Of a stretch of 60,050 nucleotides of DNA, positions 28,267 to 37,190 are shown piece after piece. The notes beneath the pieces were generated by a model. The model had not been told where the DNA came from, ran no database searches, and saw nothing but the letters and a program-made list of their open reading frames with translations. The stretch comes from an uncultured Burkholderiales bacterium (GTDB lineage Bacteria > Actinomycetota > Acidimicrobiia > IMCC26256 > JACPCJ01): contig CAZTOV010000002.1 of NCBI GenBank assembly GCA_964615175.1, forward strand, positions 1 through 60,050, written 5' to 3'. The number at the start of each line of letters is the position of its first letter. Position 1 is the stretch's first letter. The position numbers and the translations under genes are program-made.

Positions 28267-28401
28267 CACGGGGGAGCCCGACGGAACGGAAGCCGTCGGG
28301 ATCCAAAGAGGGGAAGCCGGTGAGAGTCCGGCGCTGTCCCGCAACTGTGAGCCGAACCTCCGCACGGAGGACCTCGGCGAGCCAGAGAACCCGCCCCCGT
28401 G
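28267..28401 (+). ncRNA. Cobalamin riboswitch
   Basis: GGGAA-GCCGGTG-AGAGT-CCGGC-GCTGTCCCGCAACTGT and GAGCCAG (B12-box) motifs; P1 formed by CACGGGGG (28267) and CCCCCGTG (28394-28401). Confidence 0.93.
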
Positions 28402-28455
28402 AACGCCCGAGCAACCCTTCGCGGAGAAAGGGGGAGGCGCATGGTGATCTGCCAC

Positions 28456-28492
28456 ACGACCCGTAGCGGCCCGTAGCCCGCGGGTCGTTTTT
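28456..28492 (+). terminator. Probable riboswitch-controlled intrinsic terminator
   Basis: ACGACCCG...CGGGTCGT stem followed by a T run, between the aptamer and the first gene. Confidence 0.55.
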
Positions 28493-28584
28493 CGCGTCCA
28501 CCCCCGGCGGGGAGGGACGCTCCGGTTCCTTTGTTTCGCATCTTCTCTGGACGCGCGCGTCCAGACCGACGAACAGGAGTAGGA

Positions 28585-29037
28585 ATGCGCAAGATCTTCG
28601 TGTCCGTGATCGCGGCCCTGGCCCTCTTCGGGGTCTCGGTCCCGTCGGCTCAGGCGGCCGACATCACCGTTCAACTCGACGTCACGCTCTTCGGTACCGC
28701 CGACGTGGCCGACTGCGACCTCACGGTGGCGGACGGCGCTGATGGCATCGCTCTGCTCGACGAGGCAGTCGATGACGACGACTGCGACGTCACCAGCTAC
28801 CAGACCAGCACCCACCCGATGTTCGGAACGGGTGTCGACTGCATCAACCGCATCTGCGGCGTGCCGTCGTTCTGCGTCGCCGGCGAATGCGTCGACGACG
28901 GGCAGCCGCCCCTGTGGGGCCTGGTGACGTTCTGGGGCATCCTCGAGGACGGTGCGCCGTCCGGAAGCGGAATCGAGGGACTCTCGCTCGAGGACGGCGA
29001 CGACATCGGGTTGGACTACACGAACTTCCTCATCTGA
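28585..29037 (+). CDS. Secreted DUF4430-like protein (candidate cobalamin-binding beta domain)
   Basis: Signal peptide ending AQA; FGTGVDCINRI and FWGILEDGAPSGSGIEGLSLEDGDDI resemble DUF4430; first gene under the B12 riboswitch. Confidence 0.65.
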   Translation: MRKIFVSVIAALALFGVSVPSAQAADITVQLDVTLFGTADVADCDLTVADGADGIALLDEAVDDDDCDVTSYQTSTHPMFGTGVDCINRICGVPSFCVAGECVDDGQPPLWGLVTFWGILEDGAPSGSGIEGLSLEDGDDIGLDYTNFLI

Positions 29038-29039
29038 TC

Positions 29040-30452
29040 ATGCCGATGCAACGCCGTATCGGACCGGGATTGGTGGCGATGTGCGCGTTCGCCGGAGCCT
29101 TCGTGGCTCCGGCGAACGCGGCCGACTTCCCCGACCCGGCCAGCGAGGAATCCGCCCGGCGAGGCGCGGAATACATCGCCGGGCAACAAGAGGAGAACGG
29201 CGGCATCCCGAGTCTCGGTGGTGGCGTCAGCGTGAGCGGGACCGCCGAGGCGGTCGTCGCGCTCCTGGCCGGTGGTCGACAACCCGAGTCCGTCGAGCAG
29301 GCCCTCGGCTACATCGCCGACCGGGCCGAGGCGTTCGTCGACGACTCCGATACGCAAGGTGGCCACATCGGCCCGGTCATCTGGGCGCTGGTCGCAGCCG
29401 GAGAACAACCCCGGGATTTCGCCGGCATCGACTGGATCGCGGAGTTGGAGGAGCGGTACATCCCGGCGACTGGGACCTACGGCGGCAATCTCTACGGAGA
29501 CTCGCTCGCCATGCTCGGTTGGCTGGCCGCGGGCGAAGAGCTGCCGTTCGCGGCCGAGAATCGGCTTCGACTCAATCAGTGCGGCGAAGGGGGGTGGTCC
29601 TGGAGTGTCGGCTGTGGCGGGGCGCCCGACACCGACACGACCTCCCTCGCCCTCTCCGTCCTCGCGGCCGCCGCGGGACCCTCCGACGAAGACGTGCAGC
29701 AGGCCCGCCAGTGGCTTCTCGATACGCAGAACCCATCCGGGTGTTGGAGTGTCATGGGGGGCAACGACCAGGCCAACTCCTGCGGGTTGGCTGTCTCGGC
29801 GATCGTCGCCCTGGCCGAGGACCCGGGTGCTTCACCCTGGGCCAGTGGCGAGCGCGATCCCGTGAAGACCTTGCGCGACGACTTCCAGCTCGACAACGGG
29901 GGCTTCTCCCGGAGCGCTGGAGACACCTCTGCCGACAACTACGCCACCGTCCAGGTCGTCCCCGGCATGGCCTACTGGTCGCACCCGGTATCGGCGCCCG
30001 AATCGGAATCCGATCCCGATCCCACCCCCGAAGGTGACGACGAGGAGGCCGACTCGGGTGACGACCGGGGTGAGGGGCGCACCACGACGAGCACCGAGAC
30101 CCGGCGCCAGGGGAGTGGCGACAACGAGACCCGCGAGGACGACGAGTCACGGGACCGTCGCCCGCCCCGAGTGGATGCGTCGCCGTACAGCACGACGACC
30201 CGCGCCGTCCCGAAGCCCACCACCACGACGGGGGCCGGAGTCACGGGTGAGGGTGCTTCGGGCGGCACGCCGGCGACGCGACAGCCCCCGCCCGGGGTCG
30301 CCAGCGCCAGTTACGGAGGTGACGGCGGTGGCGTCGGCATGGTGCCGACGGGGGTCGCCGTGGGATCGCTGGGCTCGGTTGGCTTGGCCGCCGGCTGGTA
30401 CTGGCGTCGCCGCGCCGTCGCGGCCGGTCTCGTCCCGTGGAGTCAGGGATGA
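29040..30452 (+). CDS. Surface-anchored protein with prenyltransferase/squalene-oxidase-type alpha-barrel repeats
   Basis: Signal peptide; repeats QQEENGG, NQCGEGGW, TQNPSGCW and FQLDNGGF; DTDTTSLAL; acidic/Thr linker and a C-terminal TM followed by RRR. Confidence 0.75.
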   Translation: MPMQRRIGPGLVAMCAFAGAFVAPANAADFPDPASEESARRGAEYIAGQQEENGGIPSLGGGVSVSGTAEAVVALLAGGRQPESVEQALGYIADRAEAFVDDSDTQGGHIGPVIWALVAAGEQPRDFAGIDWIAELEERYIPATGTYGGNLYGDSLAMLGWLAAGEELPFAAENRLRLNQCGEGGWSWSVGCGGAPDTDTTSLALSVLAAAAGPSDEDVQQARQWLLDTQNPSGCWSVMGGNDQANSCGLAVSAIVALAEDPGASPWASGERDPVKTLRDDFQLDNGGFSRSAGDTSADNYATVQVVPGMAYWSHPVSAPESESDPDPTPEGDDEEADSGDDRGEGRTTTSTETRRQGSGDNETREDDESRDRRPPRVDASPYSTTTRAVPKPTTTTGAGVTGEGASGGTPATRQPPPGVASASYGGDGGGVGMVPTGVAVGSLGSVGLAAGWYWRRRAVAAGLVPWSQG

Positions 30453-31093
30453 GACGCGTGGTCGCCGGCTTCGCTGTGTTCGCGGCGGCCGCGCTCGTCG
30501 CTCCGCCCGCCGCCGCCGGCGAGCGGTGTGAGGGCGACGCACCCGACGAGGTCGGCGTGGTCGTGGCGGTCGACTTCGGCGATCTGGCGGGTGGTCCCGC
30601 CTCCCCGAGCGTGACGTGTGTGTCGGTGCCCGAGGGCGCTACCGGGAACGACGTCCTCGAAGCACGCGCCCGCCACCTCGAGGTTTCCTCACCCCGGTAT
30701 GACTCGTCGGGGCTCCTCTGCGCCATCGACGGGCTGCCCGAGGACGGCTGCGGTGAACGGGTCGGGTCCGGCTACCTCTACTGGTCGTACTGGCTCGGCA
30801 CGGGCGACGGCTGGGAGCACGCACAGCAGGGCCCCGGCTTCCGCGACGCCGATCCCGAGGTCACCGAGGGCTGGCACTTCGTCGAGGGATCCGGCCGGCC
30901 GAGCGACCCGCCGCCCGAGGCTCCCTCGGCACCCGATGCGGCCATGACCGAGGTCGTGGCGGTCTCCGACGCCGGCCCGAACTCCGACGACTCGGGAGGC
31001 TCCGGCATTGCCGGCGCGGCGATCGGTGCCGGTGCCGTCCTCGCCCTCGTCGTCGGCGGCGTGGTCGTCGCGCGGCGACGGGGCTCGACGTGA
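30449..31093 (+). CDS. Membrane-anchored accessory protein of the B12 ECF operon (DUF4430/SCO2322-like)
   Basis: Signal peptide; VAVDFG, LLCAIDGLP and YWSYW motifs; C-terminal TM followed by RRR. Confidence 0.7.
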   Translation: MRRVVAGFAVFAAAALVAPPAAAGERCEGDAPDEVGVVVAVDFGDLAGGPASPSVTCVSVPEGATGNDVLEARARHLEVSSPRYDSSGLLCAIDGLPEDGCGERVGSGYLYWSYWLGTGDGWEHAQQGPGFRDADPEVTEGWHFVEGSGRPSDPPPEAPSAPDAAMTEVVAVSDAGPNSDDSGGSGIAGAAIGAGAVLALVVGGVVVARRRGST

Positions 31094-32151
31094 TTCGCCG
31101 TTCCCTGCACCCGGTGGCCTGGTGGCTCTGGGGCCTGCTGCTCGGTGCTGCCGCCATCCGGATCACCAACCCGTGGCTCAGCGGCCTCCTCATCGCGTCG
31201 ATCTGGCTGGTGGTGGCGGCCCGGCGGCGCGAGGTGCCCTGGGCGCGCTCCTACGGTCGCTTCCTCCGTCTCGGGATCGCGGTGGTGGTCATCCGGTTGG
31301 TGCTCCAGGCCGTCTTCGCCCCACAGGTTCCCGGGAGCGAGATCTTCGCCCTCCCCGAACTCGACCTGCCCTCATGGGCGGCCGGCGTCACCATCGGCGG
31401 GGCGGTGACGGCCGAGTCGATGCTCCAGGCGTTCTACGAGAGCCTCCGCCTGGTCGGGCTCCTCGCCGCGGTGGGGGCGGCGAACTCCCTCGCCGATCCC
31501 CACCGACTCCTCCGAACGCTCCCTTCGACCCTGTACGAAGCCGGCGTGGCGGTGACGGTGGCGCTGTCGCTGGCGCCGCAGGCGATCGGCGCGGCCGCTC
31601 AGGTACGCGACGCCCGCCGGCTGCGTGGGCGCCCGACCAAGGGCCTGGCGGCGGTGCGGGGCGTGGCGCTCCCCGTGCTGGAGGGCGCGCTCGAGCGTTC
31701 GGTGTCGATGGCGGCGTCCATGGACGCTCGCGGATTCGGTCGGAGCGAACTCGTCGCCCGCGGCCGCCGGCGGCTCGTGCATGGTCTCTCGCTCGCCGGC
31801 CTCGTGGCGTTGGCGATCGGCGCCTACGGCCTCCTCGACGCCGGCGCCCCCGCGGGCCTGCGGTTGCCGCCGATCGTGGTGGGTGTCGGGCTGCTGGCGG
31901 TGAGCCTGGTGGTGGGCCGGAACCGGACCCGGCGGACGCGCTATCGCCCCGATCCGTGGGCCGGACCCGAATGGGTCACCGTGGCCAGCGGCCTCGCGGT
32001 CCTCGGCGGTCTGGTGGTCGCCGGGTGGTGGGGTGCCGAGCTGACCGCGCCGATCCGACCCCTCGAGGCTCCCGGCCTGCCGATGTTGCCGGCCGCCATC
32101 GTGCTGGTGGCCGCGCTGCCCGCCTTCGCTACGCCGGAGCCGGTCTCGTGA
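31090..32151 (+). CDS. ECF transporter transmembrane (T) component, CbiQ/EcfT family
   Basis: LHPVAWW start, ARRLRG and SMDARGFG motifs; multiple TM helices. Confidence 0.9.
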   Translation: MIRRSLHPVAWWLWGLLLGAAAIRITNPWLSGLLIASIWLVVAARRREVPWARSYGRFLRLGIAVVVIRLVLQAVFAPQVPGSEIFALPELDLPSWAAGVTIGGAVTAESMLQAFYESLRLVGLLAAVGAANSLADPHRLLRTLPSTLYEAGVAVTVALSLAPQAIGAAAQVRDARRLRGRPTKGLAAVRGVALPVLEGALERSVSMAASMDARGFGRSELVARGRRRLVHGLSLAGLVALAIGAYGLLDAGAPAGLRLPPIVVGVGLLAVSLVVGRNRTRRTRYRPDPWAGPEWVTVASGLAVLGGLVVAGWWGAELTAPIRPLEAPGLPMLPAAIVLVAALPAFATPEPVS

Positions 32152-33770
32152 TCCGCTTCGAGCACGCCACCGTGACCTACCCGGGACTGTCGACCCCGGC
32201 GCTGAACGATGTGAGCCTCGACATCCCCGAGGGCGAGCTGTGTCTCGTGGTGGGGCGCACCGGTTCGGGGAAGTCCACTCTCCTCCGATCGGTCAACGGC
32301 CTCGTTCCCTGGTTCACCGGCGGTCTCCTGGAGGGATCGGTCTCGGTCGGCGACCGTTCCACCGCGAACAACCCGCCCCGCGAACTCGCCGACCTGGTCG
32401 GCATGGTGAGCCAGACGCCGGCGGCCGATTTCGTCACCGACGTGGTGGAGGACGAGCTGGCGTACACGATGGAGAACCTCGCCGTCCCCCCCGACGCCAT
32501 GCGGCAGCGGGTCGAGGAAGTGATCGACCTGCTCGGTCTGCAGGACGTGCGTCACCGGGCGCTGACGGAACTCTCGTCGGGCCAGCAGCAGCGGGTGGCG
32601 ATCGGTTCGGTGATGGCGGCGTCGCCGCGGGTCCTGCTGCTCGACGAGCCGACCTCGGCGCTCGACCCCGGCGCCGCCGAGGAGGTCCTGGCCGCCATCA
32701 CCCGGTTGGTCCACGATCTCGGAATCACGGTCGTGCTGGCCGAGCATCGCCTCGAGCGGGTCGTCCAATACGCCGACCGGGTGGTCGTCCTCGAAGAGGG
32801 TCGGATGCGGCAGGGCGCGCCGCCCGAGATGATGGAGGACGCGCCGGTGGCGCCCCCGGTGGTCGAGCTGGGGCGCCTGGCCCGGTGGTCTCCGCTCCCG
32901 CTGTCGGTACGCGAAGCCCGCCGCTCGGCCGGCCCTCTCCGCGACCGCCTCGGCCCGGACCCCGAGAGTGTGAGCATTCAGCGGGGTCATGACCCCGCTG
33001 AATGCTCACACTCCCTGGGGACGGTCGATGGCCTGGTGGCGCGTTACGGAGCGGTGACCGCGGTGGCCGGCGTCGACTTCGACGTCGGGCGGTCCGAGGT
33101 GGTGGCGGTGATGGGCCGTAACGGCGCCGGGAAGTCGACGCTGCTCGCGCACCTCGCCGGGATCAAGGCGCCCGAGCGGGGAACGGTGAGGGTCGGGGGC
33201 GACGCCCCGCACGAGCTGGCGCCGCGCGAACTCGTACGCCGCGTCGCACTTGTGCCGCCCGACCCGGCCTTGCTCCTCTACGGCAGTTCGGTGCGGGAGG
33301 AGTGCGAACTCGCGGACGGCGAGGGTGGGCTCGAGGCGGGGGCGACCGCTCGGGCGGTGGCCGAGTTGCTCCCCGGGGTCGACGGCGAGCGGCACCCGCG
33401 CGACCTCTCCGAGGGCCAGCGCCTCGCCCTGGCTCTGGGGATCGTCCTCGCGCCCGGTCCCGAGCTGGTCCTCCTCGACGAGCCGACCCGCGGGCTCGAC
33501 TACGAAGCGAAGCGTCACCTCATTGCCGCTCTGCGACGGCTGACCGTCGCAGGAGGTGGCGTCGTGCTCGCGACCCACGACGTGGAGTTGGTCGCCGAAG
33601 TGGCGACGCGTGCGGTGGTCATGGCCGAGGGCGAGATCGTCGCCGACGGGCCGGCCCGTGAGGTGGTGGGCGCATCACCGATGTTCGCCCCCCAGGTCGC
33701 CAAGATCCTCCAACCGGCCTCGTGGCTCACGGTGTCGGAGGTGCGCAACGCGCTGGAGGCGGCGGGATGA
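32148..33770 (+). CDS. ECF transporter ATPase with two ABC domains
   Basis: GRTGSGKS / LSSGQQQR / LLLDEP and GRNGAGKS / LSEGQR / LLDEP. Confidence 0.92.
   Translation: MIRFEHATVTYPGLSTPALNDVSLDIPEGELCLVVGRTGSGKSTLLRSVNGLVPWFTGGLLEGSVSVGDRSTANNPPRELADLVGMVSQTPAADFVTDVVEDELAYTMENLAVPPDAMRQRVEEVIDLLGLQDVRHRALTELSSGQQQRVAIGSVMAASPRVLLLDEPTSALDPGAAEEVLAAITRLVHDLGITVVLAEHRLERVVQYADRVVVLEEGRMRQGAPPEMMEDAPVAPPVVELGRLARWSPLPLSVREARRSAGPLRDRLGPDPESVSIQRGHDPAECSHSLGTVDGLVARYGAVTAVAGVDFDVGRSEVVAVMGRNGAGKSTLLAHLAGIKAPERGTVRVGGDAPHELAPRELVRRVALVPPDPALLLYGSSVREECELADGEGGLEAGATARAVAELLPGVDGERHPRDLSEGQRLALALGIVLAPGPELVLLDEPTRGLDYEAKRHLIAALRRLTVAGGGVVLATHDVELVAEVATRAVVMAEGEIVADGPAREVVGASPMFAPQVAKILQPASWLTVSEVRNALEAAG
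32966..33013. repeat. 48-bp perfect palindrome inside the ATPase linker
   Basis: GAGTGTGAGCATTCAGCGGGGTCA|TGACCCCGCTGAATGCTCACACTC. Confidence 0.9.
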
Positions 33771-34639
33771 GGGACACGGTCGCGCTCCCGCTGGCTCGGC
33801 GGAGCCGGGTGCTGCTGGTCGTCGTCTCCCTGTTCGGCGCGGTGGCGTTCACCTGGCCGCTGTTCGCCGACGCCACCGCCGAGCCCGACCTCGCCCACGC
33901 GGGCGACGCCCCGTGGATCTTCGCCGCCGTGCTTCCCCTGTTGCTGGCAATCCTCGTCGCCCAGCTCTCCGACGGCACGCTCGACGCCAAGGCGGTGGCC
34001 GTCCTGGGCGTGCTCATCGCCGCCGGCGCCGTCCTCCGGCTGCCGTCGGGGGGCCTCACCGGCTTTACCTTCCTGTTCTTCCTCCTCATTCCGGCCGGCC
34101 GGGTCTTCGGAGCCGGGTTCGGGTTCGTCCTCGGGGCCCTCACCCTGTTCGCGTCGGCCCTGATCACCGGAGGCGTGGGCCCGTGGCTCCCGTTCCAGAT
34201 GATCGCCGCCGGATGGGTGGGCCTCGGCGCCGGGCTCCTGCCCCGCGCCCGGGGCCGCCGGGAGGTGTGGCTCCTCGCGGCGTACGGAGCCGTCACCGGT
34301 CTCGTCTACGGACTGCTGTTGAACCTCTGGTTCTGGCCGTTCGGCGCCGGGGTGTCCGACCTCGCCTTCCTCCCCGGGGGCGGGCTCGCCGAGAACCTCC
34401 GCCGCTTCTGGGCCTTCCACCTCACCACCTCTCTGGGATTCGACATCCCCCGCGCGGTGGGGAACGCGGTCCTGATCGTGGTGACCGGTGGTCCCGTGCT
34501 GGCCGCGCTGCGCCGCACGGCCCGACGGGCGGCCTTCGGCGAGGTCCCTGAGTTCTCGGCGGTCGGGTTGCCCGTGGGTGAGGGGTCGCGCTCCGGCTCC
34601 GCCCCGGACCAACCGTCTCCGACTTCGGTGGTCGTCTGA
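33767..34639 (+). CDS. ECF transporter substrate (S) component, CbrT-like cobalamin importer
   Basis: LDAKAVAVLG, GRVFGAGFGF and GGVGPWLPFQM motifs; last gene of the B12-riboswitch operon. Confidence 0.85.
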   Translation: MRDTVALPLARRSRVLLVVVSLFGAVAFTWPLFADATAEPDLAHAGDAPWIFAAVLPLLLAILVAQLSDGTLDAKAVAVLGVLIAAGAVLRLPSGGLTGFTFLFFLLIPAGRVFGAGFGFVLGALTLFASALITGGVGPWLPFQMIAAGWVGLGAGLLPRARGRREVWLLAAYGAVTGLVYGLLLNLWFWPFGAGVSDLAFLPGGGLAENLRRFWAFHLTTSLGFDIPRAVGNAVLIVVTGGPVLAALRRTARRAAFGEVPEFSAVGLPVGEGSRSGSAPDQPSPTSVVV

Positions 34640-34652
34640 TCCCCGCCCGGAC

Positions 34653-34692
34653 GTGCCGAAGCCGCCCCTCGTGAGGGGCGGCTTCCGGGCAC
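34653..34692. terminator. Hairpin terminator between convergent genes
   Basis: GAAGCCGCCCCTC-GT-GAGGGGCGGCTTC, with flanking GTGCC/GGCAC. Confidence 0.75.
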
Positions 34693-34722
34693 CCGGTGGG
34701 TCGGAAGGGCTACCGGGGTTCG

Positions 34723-35355
34723 TTACCGGCGAGCGGGAACTCCGGCCGGGGGACCGTCGTCGGAGTCATGCGACTCGTTCTCGGTCTCCTCGATCTCGGC
34801 CTCTTCCTCGGAGTCCTCGTCGGAGTCCTCGGTTCCGAGGTCGTCGGAGTCGCCACCGCGGAGGTCGCGGTTGGCCTTGCCGTCCTCGCGGTTCTCCGTG
34901 CCCTCGTCAGACGCCTGGTCGGGCGTTTCGGTCAGGCCGGAGTCGTGCGGGTCGGGCCGGTCGTCGCAACCCTCTCGGGGATCGAAGGCACCGTCTTCGC
35001 GGGTCTCTTCGTCGCCCTGAGCCTCGGCGTTGCCCGAGACGCACGCGGTCCAGTCATGGATCGCCTGCGTGAACCCTTCGGCGGCGGCCTTCTTCTCTTC
35101 CGCCGTCGCCTGGCCGGCGACCGCTTCGTCGGGCAGCTCCTCGCCGTCGACCTTGGCCTCGTTCTCGCTCTCGGTCCCGGTCTCGGTCTCGGTCGTCTCG
35201 ACCTGCTCGACGGCCACCGGGTCGTTGCTCGGCAGTACGGGCACGTCGACCACGTCGGCCGCGTGCATGCCGCCCACGCTCGCCGCAGCTACCGCGCCGG
35301 TCACCGCGACCTTTCCGGCCGTTGTGGCCAGCAATCCTGTCAGTGCGCTGAACAT
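34723..35355 (-). CDS. Acidic, low-complexity exported hypothetical protein
   Basis: GAGGAGG RBS; MFSALTGLLATTAGKVAV... hydrophobic N-terminus and a D/E-rich body with two Cys. Confidence 0.7.
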   Translation of the reverse strand: MFSALTGLLATTAGKVAVTGAVAAASVGGMHAADVVDVPVLPSNDPVAVEQVETTETETGTESENEAKVDGEELPDEAVAGQATAEEKKAAAEGFTQAIHDWTACVSGNAEAQGDEETREDGAFDPREGCDDRPDPHDSGLTETPDQASDEGTENREDGKANRDLRGGDSDDLGTEDSDEDSEEEAEIEETENESHDSDDGPPAGVPARR

Positions 35356-35633
35356 CTCTTCCTCCTCGGAAGCCTTACTCACTTCGGCAGCCCGGCTTCC
35401 TGCATCGGGCAGGCCCGTGGCGTTGCTCGCCGCCGTCGCCGGCGGGTCGCCGTTGTCGGTGTCGAAAGGACCTCGGGAGGTTCCCGACGCCGAATCCACC
35501 TCAGCGGATCGGTCTCTCGAACTCGAACTTCACCTGGGGAAACGTCGGCCGGTCCCGAAAGGTTGTGGTCTCGGGACGATTTCTTCGTCGATTCCCTGTA
35601 CACATCGGACGAGTCGTGAGAGGGAGAGGTTCG

Positions 35634-36992
35634 ATGGAGCGTTATGACCTGATTGTCGTCGGGACGGGGTCGGGGAACATGATCCCGCCCGAGCTCGACG
35701 ACTGGAGGATCGCCGTCGTCGAACGCGACGCGTTCGGGGGCACCTGTGTCAATCGGGGGTGCATTCCCTCGAAGATGTTCGTCTACGCCGCCGACGTCGC
35801 CATGCACGTGCGCGAGTCGGAGCGCTACGGCGTCCGGGCGTCGCTCGACGGCGTCGACTGGCCCGCGGTGCGCGACCGGGTCTTCTCGCGCATCGATCCC
35901 ATCGCCGTCGACGGCGAGCGCTACCGGGTCGACGACTGCCCCAACATCGACGTGCACAAGGGAACGGGCCGTTTCGTCGACCACAAGGTGCTCGACGTGG
36001 ACGGCACCCCGATCACGGCCGACCGGTTCGTCCTCGGAGCCGGCGCCCGCCCCTTCGTCCCGCACGTGCCCGGCCTCGTCGACTCGGGCTTTCACACCTC
36101 GGACACGATCATGCGCATCGACGCCCTGCCCCGACGGCTGGTGATTATCGGCGGCGGCTACATCGCCGCCGAGCTGGGGCACGTGTTCGGCGCCTTCGGT
36201 TCGGAGGTGGCGATGGTGAACCGGGGGCCGCGCCTGTTGCGCTCGGAGGACGACGACATCTCGGCTCGCTTCACCGAGCGGGCGGCGGCCCGCTTCGACC
36301 TCACCCTCGGGGCCCGCCTCGAAGGGGTCGAACGATCCGGTGACGAGGTCCGGGTGACAGTCGACGTCGACGGCGAGTCCCGGGTGGTCACCGGCGACAC
36401 GCTGCTGGTCGCCACCGGGCGGATCCCCAACAGCGACGTCCTCGACGTGGAGCGCACCGGTGTCGGCTGCGACCCGGCCGGACGGGTGATCGTGCATTCC
36501 GACCTCCAGACCGACGTCGCCGGGATCTACGCCTTCGGCGACCTGGTCAACCACCACCAGCTCAAGCACGTGGCCAACGCGGAGGCCCGCATCGTCTTCC
36601 ACAACGTCCGCGAGCCGGAAGCGCCGCTCGAGATGGACGACTCGATCGTGCCCCACGCCGTGTTCGCCGACCCCCAGGTGGCGTCGGTGGGCCTCACCGA
36701 ACGCCAGGCCGCCGCCGACAACCTGCCGTTCGACGTGGCCGTGACCGACTACGGATCCACCGCCTACGGATGGGCGATGGAGGACACCACCTCGTTCGTG
36801 AAGCTGGTGGCCCACGCCGAGACCCGACGCCTCCTCGGCGCCCACATCATCGGCCCTCAGGCGTCGACCCTCATCCAGCTGCTGATCCAGGGCATGCGCT
36901 TCGGGCGCACGGTCGACGAGATGGCGACCGAGCAGATGTGGATCCACCCCGCCCTCACCGAGGTGGTCGAGAACGCCCTCTTGGAGTTCTGA
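35634..36992 (+). CDS. mtr: Mycothione reductase
   Basis: GTGSGN, GGTCVNRGCIPSK, TAYGWAMEDTT and WIHPALTEVVENALL, which are characteristic of Mtr. Confidence 0.88.
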   Translation: MERYDLIVVGTGSGNMIPPELDDWRIAVVERDAFGGTCVNRGCIPSKMFVYAADVAMHVRESERYGVRASLDGVDWPAVRDRVFSRIDPIAVDGERYRVDDCPNIDVHKGTGRFVDHKVLDVDGTPITADRFVLGAGARPFVPHVPGLVDSGFHTSDTIMRIDALPRRLVIIGGGYIAAELGHVFGAFGSEVAMVNRGPRLLRSEDDDISARFTERAAARFDLTLGARLEGVERSGDEVRVTVDVDGESRVVTGDTLLVATGRIPNSDVLDVERTGVGCDPAGRVIVHSDLQTDVAGIYAFGDLVNHHQLKHVANAEARIVFHNVREPEAPLEMDDSIVPHAVFADPQVASVGLTERQAAADNLPFDVAVTDYGSTAYGWAMEDTTSFVKLVAHAETRRLLGAHIIGPQASTLIQLLIQGMRFGRTVDEMATEQMWIHPALTEVVENALLEF

Positions 36993-37071
36993 AGCGCGTC
37001 GGAGCGGTTCTGGAGTCGAAATCCGTCGGCTGACGACGAGTTCCGACTCGAGGAGCCGTTGCGATGCCCGG

Positions 37072-37091
37072 TTCGGGACCTGGGTCCCACG
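37072..37091. promoter_or_regulatory. DosR/DevR-like binding box upstream of nirK
   Basis: TTCGGGACCTGGGTCCCACG fits the GGGAC-N4-GTCCC core of the mycobacterial DosR consensus. Confidence 0.55.
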
Positions 37092-37190
37092 CGCGGCTGA
37101 CTCCGGACCTTCCAGGCTGGTTCATCGGCCCGTGTTCCGCTCCCCCCGCCATGGCCGATTCTGGGTCCCACGGCCGGAACCGCCGCGCCC

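Noticed and set aside
29040..30452. Terpene cyclase / secondary-metabolite gene
   Set aside because: It has a signal peptide and membrane anchor, no clear DxDD motif, and lies in a B12-riboswitch transporter operon.
35536..35567. SigH/SigR promoter (GGAAA-N19-GTTG) for mtr
   Set aside because: The same bases read on the minus strand as an ECF-type CAACC-N16-CGTT promoter for the acidic protein gene; direction cannot be resolved from sequence alone.
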